Under the pieces are notes generated by a model, which saw only the letters and a list, made by a program, of their open reading frames with translations, did not search any database and had not been told where the DNA came from. 64,000 nucleotides of DNA from Octopus sinensis. Taxonomy: Eukaryota. Of the stretch, positions 39,487 to 53,135 are shown one piece after another. The stretch covers positions 45,322,001 through 45,386,000 of the forward strand of contig NC_043009.1 of the NCBI RefSeq assembly GCF_006345805.1, in the 5' to 3' direction. A program made the position numbers and the translations under genes. How positions within the stretch are numbered: position 1 is the stretch's first letter; every line of letters starts with the position of its first letter.

Positions 39487-42400
39487 TATCTATCTATATA
39501 TATATATGTATAAAGGGGTGGGGGCAAGGAGCTTGTTTACAAACTACATTGTTCTGTGTTGAGTCCCGCTTCATGGTACTTTGGGTAGGTGTCTTTTACT
39601 ACCAACCATAACTTTGTAAGCAAATTTGGTAGACGGAAACTGAAAGAAGGCCGTCGAATATATATATATATATATACGTACACATGTACACACGCACACA
39701 CTCACACACAGATACATACGCATATATGTATATATATAAAGCTTTATTAAGCTATAATAAGCTATAAACAGCTTCTAAGATATCAATACGATACGTATTG
39801 GCGATTAATTATTCTTAATGATGTATAAAATATAGCAGATAAGATCATCTTCATGTAGTCTAGAATTACATTTCATTTCTGACAGCTGTTTTCACCAGAT
39901 AAAAAAATAAAAACTCCTCAGATTCACCAGATAAATATTCCAAATAAATGGTCTATAATTATAACTGTTAATAGAATCTTACTACTCATCACTCTATACT
40001 TCTAGAATTTATCGCATGCAACTCTTACATTACTTCGTACCAAATCTCTCTGTCTCTCTACCTATCTTTCTGTTTATTTACCTATCTATCTTAATATATA
40101 TAAATATATGTATATATATACACTCGCGCGTGTGTGCACCCCCGCATATACATATCTCTCACTCTATATATATACACTCTGTATGCTTATAATTATGTAT
40201 GTCTTAGTATGTGTATGTGTAGGTATAGATGTTCGACTTTGAGTATATTCATAATTTAATGAATATATGATCTCTTTTTATATAACTTCCCAACAGTACT
40301 CAACTCTGTTATTATCATCATCAAGGCCGATAACCTCATAAACCAGTGAACAATTCTTTTTAAGAGGCTTAAGTAATTTCTCTCGATTGGTTACTCACAT
40401 CTTTACATTTTAGTCGCGTTGGATATGAAAATCGTGGTTCTTTTCTGTAATGTATTTGTAACGTACGCACGACAGAAACTGTTTTATTAGGAAGATCAAA
40501 TCCTGCTCGTGGACTGCTGTATTTAAGGAGTTACCCCTTAATGCTTGTCAGTAGGTTCCCTCATATCATTATTTAATTAAGTCAATTTTACCGGGGATGA
40601 CATTACTTCATATCAAATCCAAGTTTACTTGCCCGTTATAGAGTTATTGAGAAGAGGAATTCTCATTCGAACCTGAGCCCCTGTGAGCTGGACACTCAAC
40701 GCAATACGTCCCGTTAAAAATATACTTCTTTATAACTGTGACTTACCTGGTTTTTGCACTGCTCAAAAGTGTGGGGATTTGTCATTCTTAAAAACGAAAC
40801 AGCGCCAATAGGCTGCTTTGTTGCATAGTACATAATTGATTTAATTTAAATTAATCAATTTAATAATCAACCCTCCTAAAATATAAAATGAAAACATTGA
40901 GGTCATAAGAGTAACTAGTGTAAGCCTTATGCCCGGTGTAGCTATTTTCTACGTTATTCCGATAGAAAGAAATTATAGCTAAGCATCTCCCAAATCCCAA
41001 CCTACATTCTTAAAAAAGAAAACGCTGAATAATAGTCTCGAGTTCTCAGCGCATGGACGGATCATAGCTGGTATGCTGTAGATCACAAATCTACTCGATC
41101 AGAACTGATCTGCAGTTAAATAATGCAGTTGTAAGTAATTATTTAATTGACCAATTTGAGGGATCAAAAAGGGATTCCAAATTGCCTCAGAAAGAACTTA
41201 ATTCAGAAGTCAAATGGATGCAACTCGCTTTCACACGGAATTAGGTCCGATTCTTAGCTCATTCTGTCATCTACGTCTTATAAGAAACTGTAATGTTAAA
41301 TTTCAATATTTTAATAAGATATTGTAATGTTAAATTATCTGTACGAAGATGAAGGGCGAGTCCCATTCGAGTCGATGTAAACATGTTTTTTTATTGCTTC
41401 GCTGTTTTAATCTTCAGAATCTTATTAAATGAATCGTTCATCTGTGTTGAATTAGGATTCCTCATGTAAACTTGAACAGCTCCCAAACAAGTTTAGGTCT
41501 GCATTAATCCTGCTCTGCATTTACACACAATGTTCCATAGCTCATGTTTTAAGCATGGCATAATATTATCCTATTTTAGTTGAGAACACCGACATTGTAT
41601 ACACGATATACACACGTTAGCGCCGAACTAAATGCTTTACACGAATTACTTTTTGTATTTATGTATAAAAAACAAATAGTTCTTGGAATTATTGTGTCTT
41701 GTATGCTTCGACTACGTTTCTGTGATATAGGGAGAAATTATTGCGATTGTATTAAAAATGATAAGAAGATAAAGTAGGGGTATCGAAAAGAAAAAAACGA
41801 AACAGAAGGAAAGAGAGATAGGAAGACAGTGAGGGGTGAAGGTAAAAAAGAAGGCTTAATGAAGCTGAGACAAACTAGTCACGAAAACCTTTCGTTGCTT
41901 CAAGATAGCAATTCTGCGAATTATGAAATAGAAACGACTAGTAGCATATAGATGACGTGACCATATGTTTATGTCATTTAGCAATAATAGAAGTTTGTCC
42001 GTTCTTAATATTCTGAAATATTGTTAGAAGTACTGGAGAAATATCCTTGTATATAGAGTCTAATTCCGCAGGTGTAAGTCTCTGTGATATAGAACACTGG
42101 GAACTGGTCACGGTCATATTGGCAATAAATAGCATTTGGCAAATAATATACTCTTATTGTGGTCAGTTGGCAGAAAGATCCAGTCACGCATTGCTGAGTT
42201 CATGTTTTACTCCGTGGCCTACGGAAGGAAACTTCCTCTTTCATTTTCACCCCGATCGCATTGATGACATGAATGGGAATAATGAATAAAGATTGATTCA
42301 GTTGTGTCTGCCATCTCCCAGAATAAATCTGGTTGTGTGTCTAGTCGAAAGAAATTATTACCTTTTAATTATTTTATTTGTATGTAATTAGTGTCTGTAC

Positions 42401-43364
42401 TAATTAGTATCAGATAAAAAAAACCCCACTAATTGCAGAAGTGTTCACCTTGGAACGTTCCCAAGAGGAAAGGTGAATTAGTATTTATTCCTATAGGTCT
42501 TCAATAAAACAAATTTCAAGAAGAAAAATCAACCAAATGTTAATCGAAACCGCTGGTAACAAATGTCTGCTACTGATGTCATTGGTTCCAAGCAAAGAAA
42601 GATGAAGTTACGTTTGGTGAGATTTATGCTCACAATGTAAAACTACACAAGTACATTGTGTAAAAATACAACCTTGTACGTTAAGCTTCTACTGTTTGAA
42701 TTCCAAACCTAAAAGGATGTAACTAAGTACAACGAATATATACGATACCCTTTTACATCAACATCACTAGAAAAAAAGAAAAAAAGGAAACGAAGATAAT
42801 GGTGGATACTTTTTCCCGAGCTTACATAGATTTCTACTTTACGCCTGAGGTCGTATATATTTTAGGGAACGGTGCTATGTATTCCGTGAAGGTTTTAATA
42901 GCCTAAGTGTATTGGCAACGCTGATGATGTCAGCTGGCCCCGAGGGAAGTAGGGAATTGAATTCAGGCTGCAAAGGAATATAAACTAAATACAACGAAGT
43001 ACTAGATGTGACTCTCTACCAGTTATGCAACCCACCGTCTAAGTAACTGTTATCATACCAGAATACTGTAATATAATTTACGTGTTTGAATTATCTAAAA
43101 TGAATCCATCTCCTAGCAAGTCATTCGACCTGATTCAAACAGAAGCCAAACTATATCATTCTGTATTTACAAAAGGGAGGAAATACTGAATATTTCCTCC
43201 GAATCTATGTTGAACTTGTGGATTCCAATACTGTAAATTGTAATAATACGAAATTAAATATGTCTGGCCTTCCATTTAGTAGGAATTTTGACTGCTTCAA
43301 ATCAGGGATTTTGAAAATAAACAATTATACAATAACTTCCTGAAAAATCTAATAATGTTGTATT

Positions 43365-43396
<32 letters not shown>

Positions 43397-43584
43397 CTAC
43401 TGTCTGTATCGATTAATCACAATATCTATATATTGATCAATCAAAATAATGAAATTACAAACGTCTCTGTCTTCTAATAATTCATATAACTAGAACTCAT
43501 TCGGATTTCGGATTTAACTCATCTCTCTGCTTATATGTCTGTTTATTTTGTCTGTCTTCTCTCGCTGTCTACCTATATTTTTAT

Positions 43585-43621
<37 letters not shown>

Positions 43622-43889
43622 TTTACGAACATCATGAAAGTCACCGCTGTATTCCACTTCCATAGAATACAACGCACATTGAAGATCATTGCAGTGAAAT
43701 AACAGTTGCACGGAAATAAGATCCGTCCCTCCCCCAGTTAATCAGTTCCCTACCCCAAAACTTCGGGCCTTGTGCCTATAATAGAAAGGATTATTTCTGT
43801 AAAAAGCCAAAACTTTTTGTATTAAGGCAACGGAAGTTTTACATTGAAACAGTCTCGTACTAAGACGCATCATAGCTGATCGATGTAAA

Positions 43890-44150
43890 AAATAAATAAA
43901 TGCGCCCTTTTTAAAGCCTAGTCAGGCTCATGGGCCCGGTTTCCCAGTTTCAATGGCGTATGTGTTCCCCAGCTGAACGGGACACCAGTCCATCGCAGCG
44001 TTACTCATTTTTGTCAGCTGAGTGGACTGGAGCAACGTGAAATGAAGTGTTTTGCTCAAGAACACAACGCGTCGGCCGGTCCAGGAATCGAAACCATAAT
44101 CTTATGATCATGATGCTGACAACCTAACTACTAAGCTACGCGCCTCCACA
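43890..44150 (-). mobile_element. tRNA-derived SINE, family C
   Basis: Minus strand has a tRNA-like head ggaggcgcgtagcttagtagttagg...gtttcgattcctgg, a central gtgttcttgagcaaaacacttc and an (ATTT)n tail. Confidence 0.8.
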
Positions 44151-44329
44151 CCTGTTCAATGTAATGATCCCAAAATAACTGTTTCTTTTTATCTAAACGA
44201 CAAACATCTAAGAAGCTATGTTTTAGTTATTGCCATTTGCCTCAAGTCGATCATAATCGACTAAGTGCCATCGTCGAATATATTTTAATCGTTTTAGGTA
44301 AATCTTTTAATTTTTGCTTGTTTAATTCA

Positions 44330-44778
44330 CTAGACAGGGGTCATGCTGGAGTGCTGCCTTGAATTTTTGGTCGAATGATTTGACTCCTGTACTTCTTTTT
44401 AAAGCTTGGTAGCAATTCTATCGATCTCTTTTGCCCAGCCACTAGATTTCAGGAATGCAAACACAACATCACCGGTTGTCAAGTGGTGGTGGCGGGACAA
44501 ATACAGAGAGGAAACACACATACACACACATTGATATACATAGATTATATATATATAAGCGGTGCTCCAGCATGGAGTCAAATGACTAAAACAAGTAAAA
44601 GAAAGAACACACAGACACACACATACAAATCTACCGTAGGATTTATTATGTTTTTAAAGCCTAGTACATATTCTATCAGTGTCTTTTGCCGAACTGCTAA
44701 GCTACGCAGGCGTAAATACATCAGCGCCGGTTATCAAAGAGGTGATGTGCGGAGGAACAAATACAGACACATGCGCAT

Positions 44779-44810
<32 letters not shown>

Positions 44811-44975
44811 CGACAGGAATCTTTCAATTTCCGTCTACCAAATTCACTCACAAGGCTTTGATTCGCCCGGGGCTATAGTAGAAAAACACTTGCTCAATGT
44901 GCCATGTAGTGGGACAAAACTCGGAACCATGTGATTGGAAAGCAAGCTTCTTACCACATAGCCACGCATGCGCTT
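44330..44975 (-). mobile_element. SINE family B pieces in tandem
   Basis: Reverse-complement matches to the head and tail of the 19822 copy. Confidence 0.75.
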
Positions 44976-45635
44976 GGAATTATATTACATATGTACGTTC
45001 ATTATTTAAAACGGCGCGGTATACTTGGATGGAGTTTGTCTTCTATTTGTAGAAGGTATGACAGCCACGTTGAGCCTTCTATGTTAGCACAAGAATCAGT
45101 ATTACAGTAAAACGCTATAAAAGATTAAGATTCATTCTTCTTCAAAGAAAGACAAAGAACAAATCAAAAGAGGCTGGAAAAACGACAAGAACAGTATGGA
45201 AGCTGATTTCTAAAATAAGATAACAAAATACAATAACGAAAATGTTTATGACAGGACCATGTTTGTAATTCTACTGCGTAAATAACGATCTTTCTGAAAT
45301 AAGTCTCCAAGCGTATTGTTGAACCATATGCAGGTCTGAGCAGATAACATTATGCATTAAGATGATGTACTCGATATAAGATAGAAAGACAAAAATAACT
45401 TATGCATTTGTGATTTAAGGACTTAATTATGAATACAAATTTCAGTATAAGATAATAATAATTATTATAGTTCTTATAATAATGTTTCTATAATCCTCAA
45501 GTGCTCTGTGACGTTAGCTATTGGTGTGTATTCATTCATACATACATACATACATACATACATACATACATACATACAAACATACATACATACATACATA
45601 CATACATCATACATACATACATACATACATGCATG

Positions 45636-45689
<54 letters not shown>

Positions 45690-45699
<10 letters not shown>

Positions 45700-46070
45700 T
45701 TAGAGACAAAACCACTATTTTGCAAAACAAACAAGGAAAGACTTAATCAATACATAAAATTTTAATAAATAGTAAAAAAAACCGCCACTACAATTGTTTC
45801 TTGTCTTGATCGACAATCTTCAGGTGGACTTCCAATCTAAAATATCAATATTTTAAAATATAAAAATAATAATTTTAAAATAATTAAAGTATTAATGAAA
45901 AAATATAAATATATAATCTATATATAACCTATATATAATCCATATATAATCAATATATAAACAATATATAAACTAAAATAAACCTATCAACAATTAAATA
46001 TAAAATATAAAATAAAATATAAAATATAGTTGTTTTGCAAAATAGTGGTTTTGTCTCTAATAATATTATA
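45690..46070 (-). mobile_element. Hammerhead-bearing short element bounded by perfect 41-bp inverted repeats
   Basis: tataatattattagagacaaaaccactattttgcaaaacaa at 45690-45730 and its exact reverse complement at 46030-46070; abuts (TA)n. Confidence 0.75.
45785..45827 (-). ncRNA. Minimal type I hammerhead ribozyme, all core positions present
   Basis: CCAC-CUGAAGA-UUGUC(GAUCAA)GACAA-GAAAC-AAUU-GUA-GUGG: stem I 4 bp, stem II 5 bp, self-complementary stem III ACAAUUGU; predicted cleavage 3' of the A at 45789. Confidence 0.8.
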
Positions 46071-46149
46071 TAATATTTTACTATAAAATTGGATTTAATC
46101 CTAAATCTGATTTTTTCCCTGTAAATTTGGATTTATTCCTAATATTTAT

Positions 46150-46198
<49 letters not shown>

Positions 46199-46304
46199 GA
46201 ATACACTTACATACACAAACATGAATGTGTGTGTGTATATATGTATATATATATATATATGCATGTATGTATGTATGTATGTATGTATGTATATATGTAT
46301 ATAT

Positions 46305-46359
<55 letters not shown>

Positions 46360-47026
46360 TTATACATAAAATTAGAAACACGTCAAAATACTACGACCCT
46401 TTATCGTGTCTTCGTTGATTGTGTTATATATTTGAATGTCTTCTCGACACTTCTCAGACCTGCCTGTATTCAGCCTGTTGGGATCACCTGAATGTAGATT
46501 ACTTTAGATTACTATCTCTTTAACATATAAAATATATACGACGGTGCATATTTTCTCCACACATACTGCAGTTTAAATAAATATTATATTTTTTAAATGT
46601 TTAAATCTGAAGTAATTTACCTGCATATTGTATCATTACACTAAATATCAACGCCGTCCCGTTTTCCTCACTCTTGTTAATGGTATGTCAAACACTTGAA
46701 GAGTTCCCTGTGAAAAGCTATGTCCGTAATAACACGCCTTACATAGGCCCACCGCGCTACAGTCCTTATGTATAATATGCAGTGATGGAGGTAACAGATG
46801 GTCCATTATCTTCAAAACCATTCTGAGCAGTTTCTTATACTTTGCAACAATTTGAACTACAATGTTACCGCGACAGAGTGCGGGCAAATAACATACCCTA
46901 TCATGATAACTATTTTCTATATGTACAAGACTGTCATGACTTCTTTAGTACCAAACTGCATGGTTACTGATTTCAAGTATCATATCAGAAGGTCCGACAC
47001 ATGATGTAATGCAATATAAATATATT

Positions 47027-47655
47027 CTTTTCTACTCTAGGCACAAAGTCCGAAATTTGGGGGGAGGAGCCAGTCAATTAGATCGATCCCAGTACGTAAC
47101 TGGTACTTAATTTATCGACTCCGAAAGGATGAAAGGTAAAGTCGACCTCGGTGGAATTTGAACTCAGAACATAAAGACAGACGAAATGCCGCTAACCATT
47201 TCGCCCGGCGTGCTAACGTTTCTGCCAGCTAACCGCCTTAGTAATACAAATATATTCTTTTCTATTCTAGGCACAAGGTCCGAAATTTTGGGGGAGGGGG
47301 CCAGTCAATTTGATCGTCTCCAGTACGCAACTGGTGCTAAATTTATCGACCCCGAAAGGATGAAAAGTAAAGTCGACCTCGGCAGATTTTGAACTCAGAA
47401 CGTAAAGACAGACGAAATGCCTATTTCTTTACTACCCACAAGGGGCTAAAAACAGAGGGGACAAACAAGGACAGACAAACGGATTAAATCGATTACATCA
47501 ACCCCAGTGCGTAACTGGTACTTAATTTATCGACCCCGAAAGGATGAAAGGCAAAGTCGACCTCGGCGGAATTTGAACTCAGAACGTAACGGCAGGCGAA
47601 ATACAGCTACGCATTCCGCCCGGCCTGCTAACGTTTCTGCCAGCTCGCCGCCTTA
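47027..47655 (-). mobile_element. Tandem SINE family A insertions: a monomer (47027-47240) and a dimeric form (47257-47655)
   Basis: Three family A cores; the 16-bp target g(c/t)aata(c/t)aaatatatt recurs at 47011, 47241 and 47656. Confidence 0.9.
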
Positions 47656-48318
47656 GCAATACAAATATATTACATGATATATTAGTACATAAAAAAACTG
47701 ATTCATATGCATTTGTCTGGTTCAACTAGACAACCTGAAGATTTTTTCGTCCTGATGTGAAACTGATGCAGTGAAATAAACGTTGACATCTTTATTGCCA
47801 GCACTCTTAGTTGTTTCTTTGATTAGACTGCGGCCATGCTGGGGCCCCGCTTTAAAGAATTTTTATTCGAATGATTTCGACCCTAACACTTATTTTGTTA
47901 AGCGTGGTACTTATTCTATCGGTCTCTCTCTGCCGAACCGCTAGGATACGAGAATGTAACCATACTAATACTGGTTGTCAAGCAGTGATGGGGAGAAACA
48001 CAAAGACATGCACAAACACATACATACATTAAAGTACTGCGTAAAAGCAAACAGTTAGTCAAGGCAGGGCAAGGACATTTGATTCATTTAATTCAATCTT
48101 AGCTACATAACCAATGGCAAAAGTAGTACAAAATGGTAAAGATAGCCTCTGACAGCTGTTTCTGGGATATCCCAGATACTGGAGCATCGTATGGAGGGAA
48201 GAATCTACAAGTTGGGTATTCCGTCATCGACAAAATATAGGTTAGAGGAATGGAAGAATGCTCCTCATCAATGATATTAGTTGTGGTTCATTATGCGTTT
48301 TGAGCACTCAAAACGCAT

Positions 48319-48626
48319 ATGTTGTTACACATTGCTGGTCACAATGGTCTTTGCATCGTCTTAACCTTCGAATGATGCCACTCAGGTGACTAGCTGAGTA
48401 GGCCATATATATATATATATATATATATGCAAAGAGAGGGAGAGAGAGAAAGAGAGACAGACAGACAAACAGACAGACAGATAGACAGACAGGCAAAGGA
48501 TACGAGGAGTTATGCGTTTGAGTCATCCTGACCATAACTCCTCGTATCCTCTGCCTGTCTGTCTGTCTATCTGCCTGTCTGTTTGTCTGTCTGTCTCTCT
48601 TTCTCTCTCTCCCTCCCTCCCTCTCT

Positions 48627-48666
<40 letters not shown>

Positions 48667-48749
48667 GTACTCAGCTAGTCACCTGGGTGGCGTCATTCGA
48701 AGGCTAAAACGATGCAAACACCATTGTGACCAGCAATGTGTAACAACAT
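48319..48749. repeat. Near-perfect fold-back palindrome, ~200-bp arms and 18-nt loop
   Basis: Arms 48319-48514 and 48533-48749; 6 mismatches in the 91-nt unique outer block; internal microsatellites are mirrored. Confidence 0.95.
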
Positions 48750-48907
48750 CTGATAGTCTGGTCAGTCACGTGGTAGACACATACACACACAAACACACAC
48801 ACACACACATACATGCACACACACTCACAAGCACTATACATGTACTATTTTATTTTGTTCAACAACGGAGGAACTACCATACATTGAAGTAAGGAATTAG
48901 ACGATTT

Positions 48908-49020
48908 TAAACGAGTGAAAAGGACGAGTATAAATCGTAGCTATGGAACTATCACTATTAACAGTTTTTATAGGAAACAGAAATTTTTGTATGTTCTCTG
49001 CACATTCTTCATTGGAACGA
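48908..49020 (+). repeat. Unclassified dispersed repeat, second copy at ~54971-55088
   Basis: aaacgagtgaaaaggacgagtata...ttaacagttt...ataggaaaca...tgtatgttctct...attcttcat is shared by both sites. Confidence 0.7.
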
Positions 49021-49423
49021 AGACGTAATGAAAACTTTCCACTGTTGAATAGCTTCATTTCATCATTTAATTGTTAAACGTCAAAGCAAACAAAGCCATC
49101 ACAATTATACAATTACATATTCAAAATCACATCTATTCAGTTTCAAGAATGGAAGCCAAATCAAAGAAAAGGAAAAAAAAGAAAATAAAAGATAAAGAAG
49201 TGAAACAGGAGAAAGAAATTAAAGAAATGAAGGAAATTATATTTGAAGGCGTAATGTGTAGTTCCTCTTTCACAATAACGTAGGATTTGTATGCATTGAC
49301 TATGGATGTGTGCGTTTGTGCATCAATGCAGAGGATGATTCTGCTTGACATGGTGAGTCTGTGTGTATGTGTGTTTGTGTGTGTGTTTGTGTGTGTGTAT
49401 GTGTGTGTGTGTGTGGTGTGTGT

Positions 49424-49459
<36 letters not shown>

Positions 49460-49595
49460 ATGACGTCTATGTGTATATGTTCAAGATGGAGGGGAAAGAA
49501 AAATATAATTTTAATACTGCGCATCGTAAAACTGATAGTGTGGAGAAGTGTGTATTTTGCCTATGTATGCATGTATGTATATGTGTATCAATGCA

Positions 49596-49634
<39 letters not shown>

Positions 49635-50368
49635 GCATACATATATACATACATACACATAAACACACACAAAAACACACACACACACATATACATAAAT
49701 ATGTACCTAGGATAAATCTTCTATTTATCGAGGTGTGTAGTTGACAGATTAATGTGTAGCTATATACTTATAAATGTACTCACTTTTCTCATTGTCTGAG
49801 ATTGCCGTACCTAGTACACTACAAGCACATGAACAGACAGACAGACAGGCAGACACACACATACATACATACGTACATACAGGCACAGGCAGACACACAG
49901 ACGTACAAATATTGTACGCACAGTCACCACACACGTGCGAGTATAGTTGTGTAAGATGTATAGGCCGAGTATTTTAGGTAGATATGTAGCCGACATGGGA
50001 TCGAGACCCAACAGAATAGCAGACCGGCAGTAGCAACCAACAGGGGTTAATTTATAGTTCAGTATATTGGAAGTACAAAAATTTAAGGGTTTTGCTCAGG
50101 GATACAACCAATGCATTGTTGTTTCGTTTTCCCCATTAAAAATTTACTGTTTTCCCTACATGCACATTTTCCCTATTAGACGCAGGTATTGCTTCACAAC
50201 CACACGGTTGCCATTGCGTGTCTCCTTGGGTGAAGGACTTCTACTATAATCTTAGGCAGACCAAAGCCTTTTGAGTGGAGTTTGTATATGAGGACAGATA
50301 GAAGCCAATCACAGACACGCTCACACACCTAGCCCCCACACAGACACACGCACATACACAAATATATA

Positions 50369-50408
<40 letters not shown>

Positions 50409-51221
50409 CATATATATACATACACACACAAATGTACGAATGTGTATATATATATATATATATATATTTATGAATGTATATATAATATATATATATGTAT
50501 ATATATATGTATGCATATAAATATAATTATTTACATTATATATATATATATATGAATATATATATGTATGCATATAAATATAACTATTTACATTATATAT
50601 ATATACCTGCATCTTATACGTGTTTATTTATTTATATGAACATACATATAAATATATATGTATGTTTCTCTTTATGTATATGTATATATATGTGTGTTTT
50701 TACCTAGACATATTCTCGTGCCAGAAATATATGTGAGTGTGTATGTGTAAATATGTATTTGCGTGTGTATGTATGCATAGATATATGTATATATATGTAT
50801 ATATAAAGATATGTGTGCGTGCGTGTGAGTGTGTAAGTTTGTGTATGTGTGCGTGTATTTTAGGATGCATGTATTCAAATATAATTCCACACAGGCTGTC
50901 TTGTAGAAAACGAGAAATTGCACAAGAATTTTTTTAATTTCTGTACCGAACATCAAAATTAGGAGTTACAATGTGACAATGGTTAAGTTGAAAAAATATA
51001 TATATATATATAAAAAAGTAAATAAGATTTACAGAATACAAATAAAAATGGTTTTAGCGCCATTCAAAGAACCTACATTCCCAATAGAAGATGCTGACAA
51101 CAGTTTTATTGATTACTGAAATCATACAAAAGTACAGTAATTTTTACTTTCTCTTCTCTTTTACTTTCACTTTCTCAGTTATTTCTCTCTTTTATTCCGT
51201 CCTCTCACTCCCTCTCCAACC

Positions 51222-51264
<43 letters not shown>

Positions 51265-51304
51265 GCTTTCTCTCTCTCCATCTCTCTCTCTCTCTATCTA
51301 TCTA

Positions 51305-51343
<39 letters not shown>

Positions 51344-51594
51344 GTTCTCGATTTGGACTCCTCTTTCTCGCTTACACCTCTCTAACACTGCTGCTTTTTA
51401 TTTTCTCATAGCTTTCCTCGATCAGAACTGATAATAATCTTTACGTTTCGCGATTGTTGTGAGACGACTCGTCTAGATATATATATATTTTATATATTAG
51501 GCGTTCATAATGTCGATTCTAAATTTTATGTGTGATTGATTGCCTATTGATTGATGATATATTTACTTAAGTGGTCACCATATATATATAAATT

Positions 51595-51641
<47 letters not shown>

Positions 51642-51672
51642 CATATACACACACACACACAACACACACACC

Positions 51673-51721
<49 letters not shown>

Positions 51722-52147
51722 GAGAGACAGAGAGAAGTGGACGGGATTCTTCGTTTTTCTTTTGGTCTACTTGAAGTGATTTGCTTAATCTCTGCAACTG
51801 CAGGTAACATTTCCACGTACAATTATCTGTTGGTACCTGCTTATATATACATGTAAATATGCATAAAGATATAGATGCAAATGTACATGTATGCCCATAC
51901 TACATTACATACCTACATACATATACATATACATACATACATACGCATACATACATACATATATACATACATACATACATACATGAATATATATACAACA
52001 TATATAATACATATATATATGAATATATATATCATACACACCACACACAGATATATATTATATATATATATATATATACACACATATAACTGTACACATA
52101 TATACGCGTATATGTAAAGTCAAACTGCGGTTATTATTTTAAGGCTA

Positions 52148-52530
52148 GTATGGTGGCGAGCTGGCAGAAACGTTACCACGACGAGCGAAATGCGTTGCAG
52201 TATTTTGTCTGCCGTTACGTTCTGAGTTAGAATTCCGCCGCGGTAGACTTTGCCTGTCATCCTTTCGGTGTCGATTAAATAAGTACCAGTTACGCACTGG
52301 GGTAGATATAATCAACTTAACCCGTTTATCTTCTCTGTGTTTAGCCCCTTGTGGGTAGTAAGAAACAGGTATTTCGTCTGTCTTTACGTTCTGAGTTCAA
52401 ACACCGCCGAGGTCGACTGTACCTTTCATCCTTTCGGAGTCGATAAATTAAGTACCAGTTGCGTACTTAATCGTCTCGTCTCCTCCCCCAAAATTTTGGC
52501 CCTCGTGCCTAGAGTAGAAAATATTATTTT
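52148..52530 (+). mobile_element. Dimeric SINE family A
   Basis: Same two-module order as the minus-strand copy at 47257-47655. Confidence 0.85.
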
Positions 52531-52759
52531 AATAGAAGTACAAGAAGGACGAGGAAATACTTATTTCCTTGTCCCTCCTCTCAGTAATTTTAAATTTTAA
52601 AGATTTATTCAAGGCTCGCCAGGTAGCTTATTGAATCAATTTGAATATAGTGACAGGGAAAGCTCAATATTTCAGTCAACACGAATCTTTCGTATGTGCA
52701 CGTGTGTGTGTGTGTGTATATGTGAGCGTATGTTTTCTCGTATTCTGTTACTTGTCATA

Positions 52760-53135
52760 GTCATTTGATTGCAGCCATGCTGGAGCACCGCCTTAAGAGG
52801 TTTTATTTGTAGAAATCGACCCCGGGACTTATTCTTCGTAATCTTAGAACTTATTCTATCGGGATCTTAGCCGAACCACTAAGTTACAGGGATTTAAACA
52901 CACCAACGTCGGTTGTCATGCGATGGTTGGGGCGGCAAACACAGGTACAAATACACACATACATAAATACAGATATACATGTGTCAGGCTTCTTTCAGTT
53001 TCCGTCTACCAAATCCACTCACAAAGCATCGGTCGGCCCGAGGCTGTAGTAGAAGATACTTGCCCAAGGTGCCATGCAGTGTGACTAAACCCGACACCAT
53101 GTGGTAGGGAAACAAGCTTCTAACCACACACTCAC
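52760..53135 (-). mobile_element. SINE family B, near full length
   Basis: Reverse-complement match to the head, body and tail of the 19822 copy. Confidence 0.8.

Noticed and set aside
40741-40830. acttacctgg: U1 snRNA 5' end, or a strong minus-strand splice donor
   Set aside because: The downstream sequence does not match U1. The implied short exon (MTNPHTFEQCKNQ) is unrecognisable and unsupported.
46630-47005. Coding-looking block, possibly a PIF1/Helitron helicase or transposase remnant
   Set aside because: No motif could be matched convincingly in any frame.
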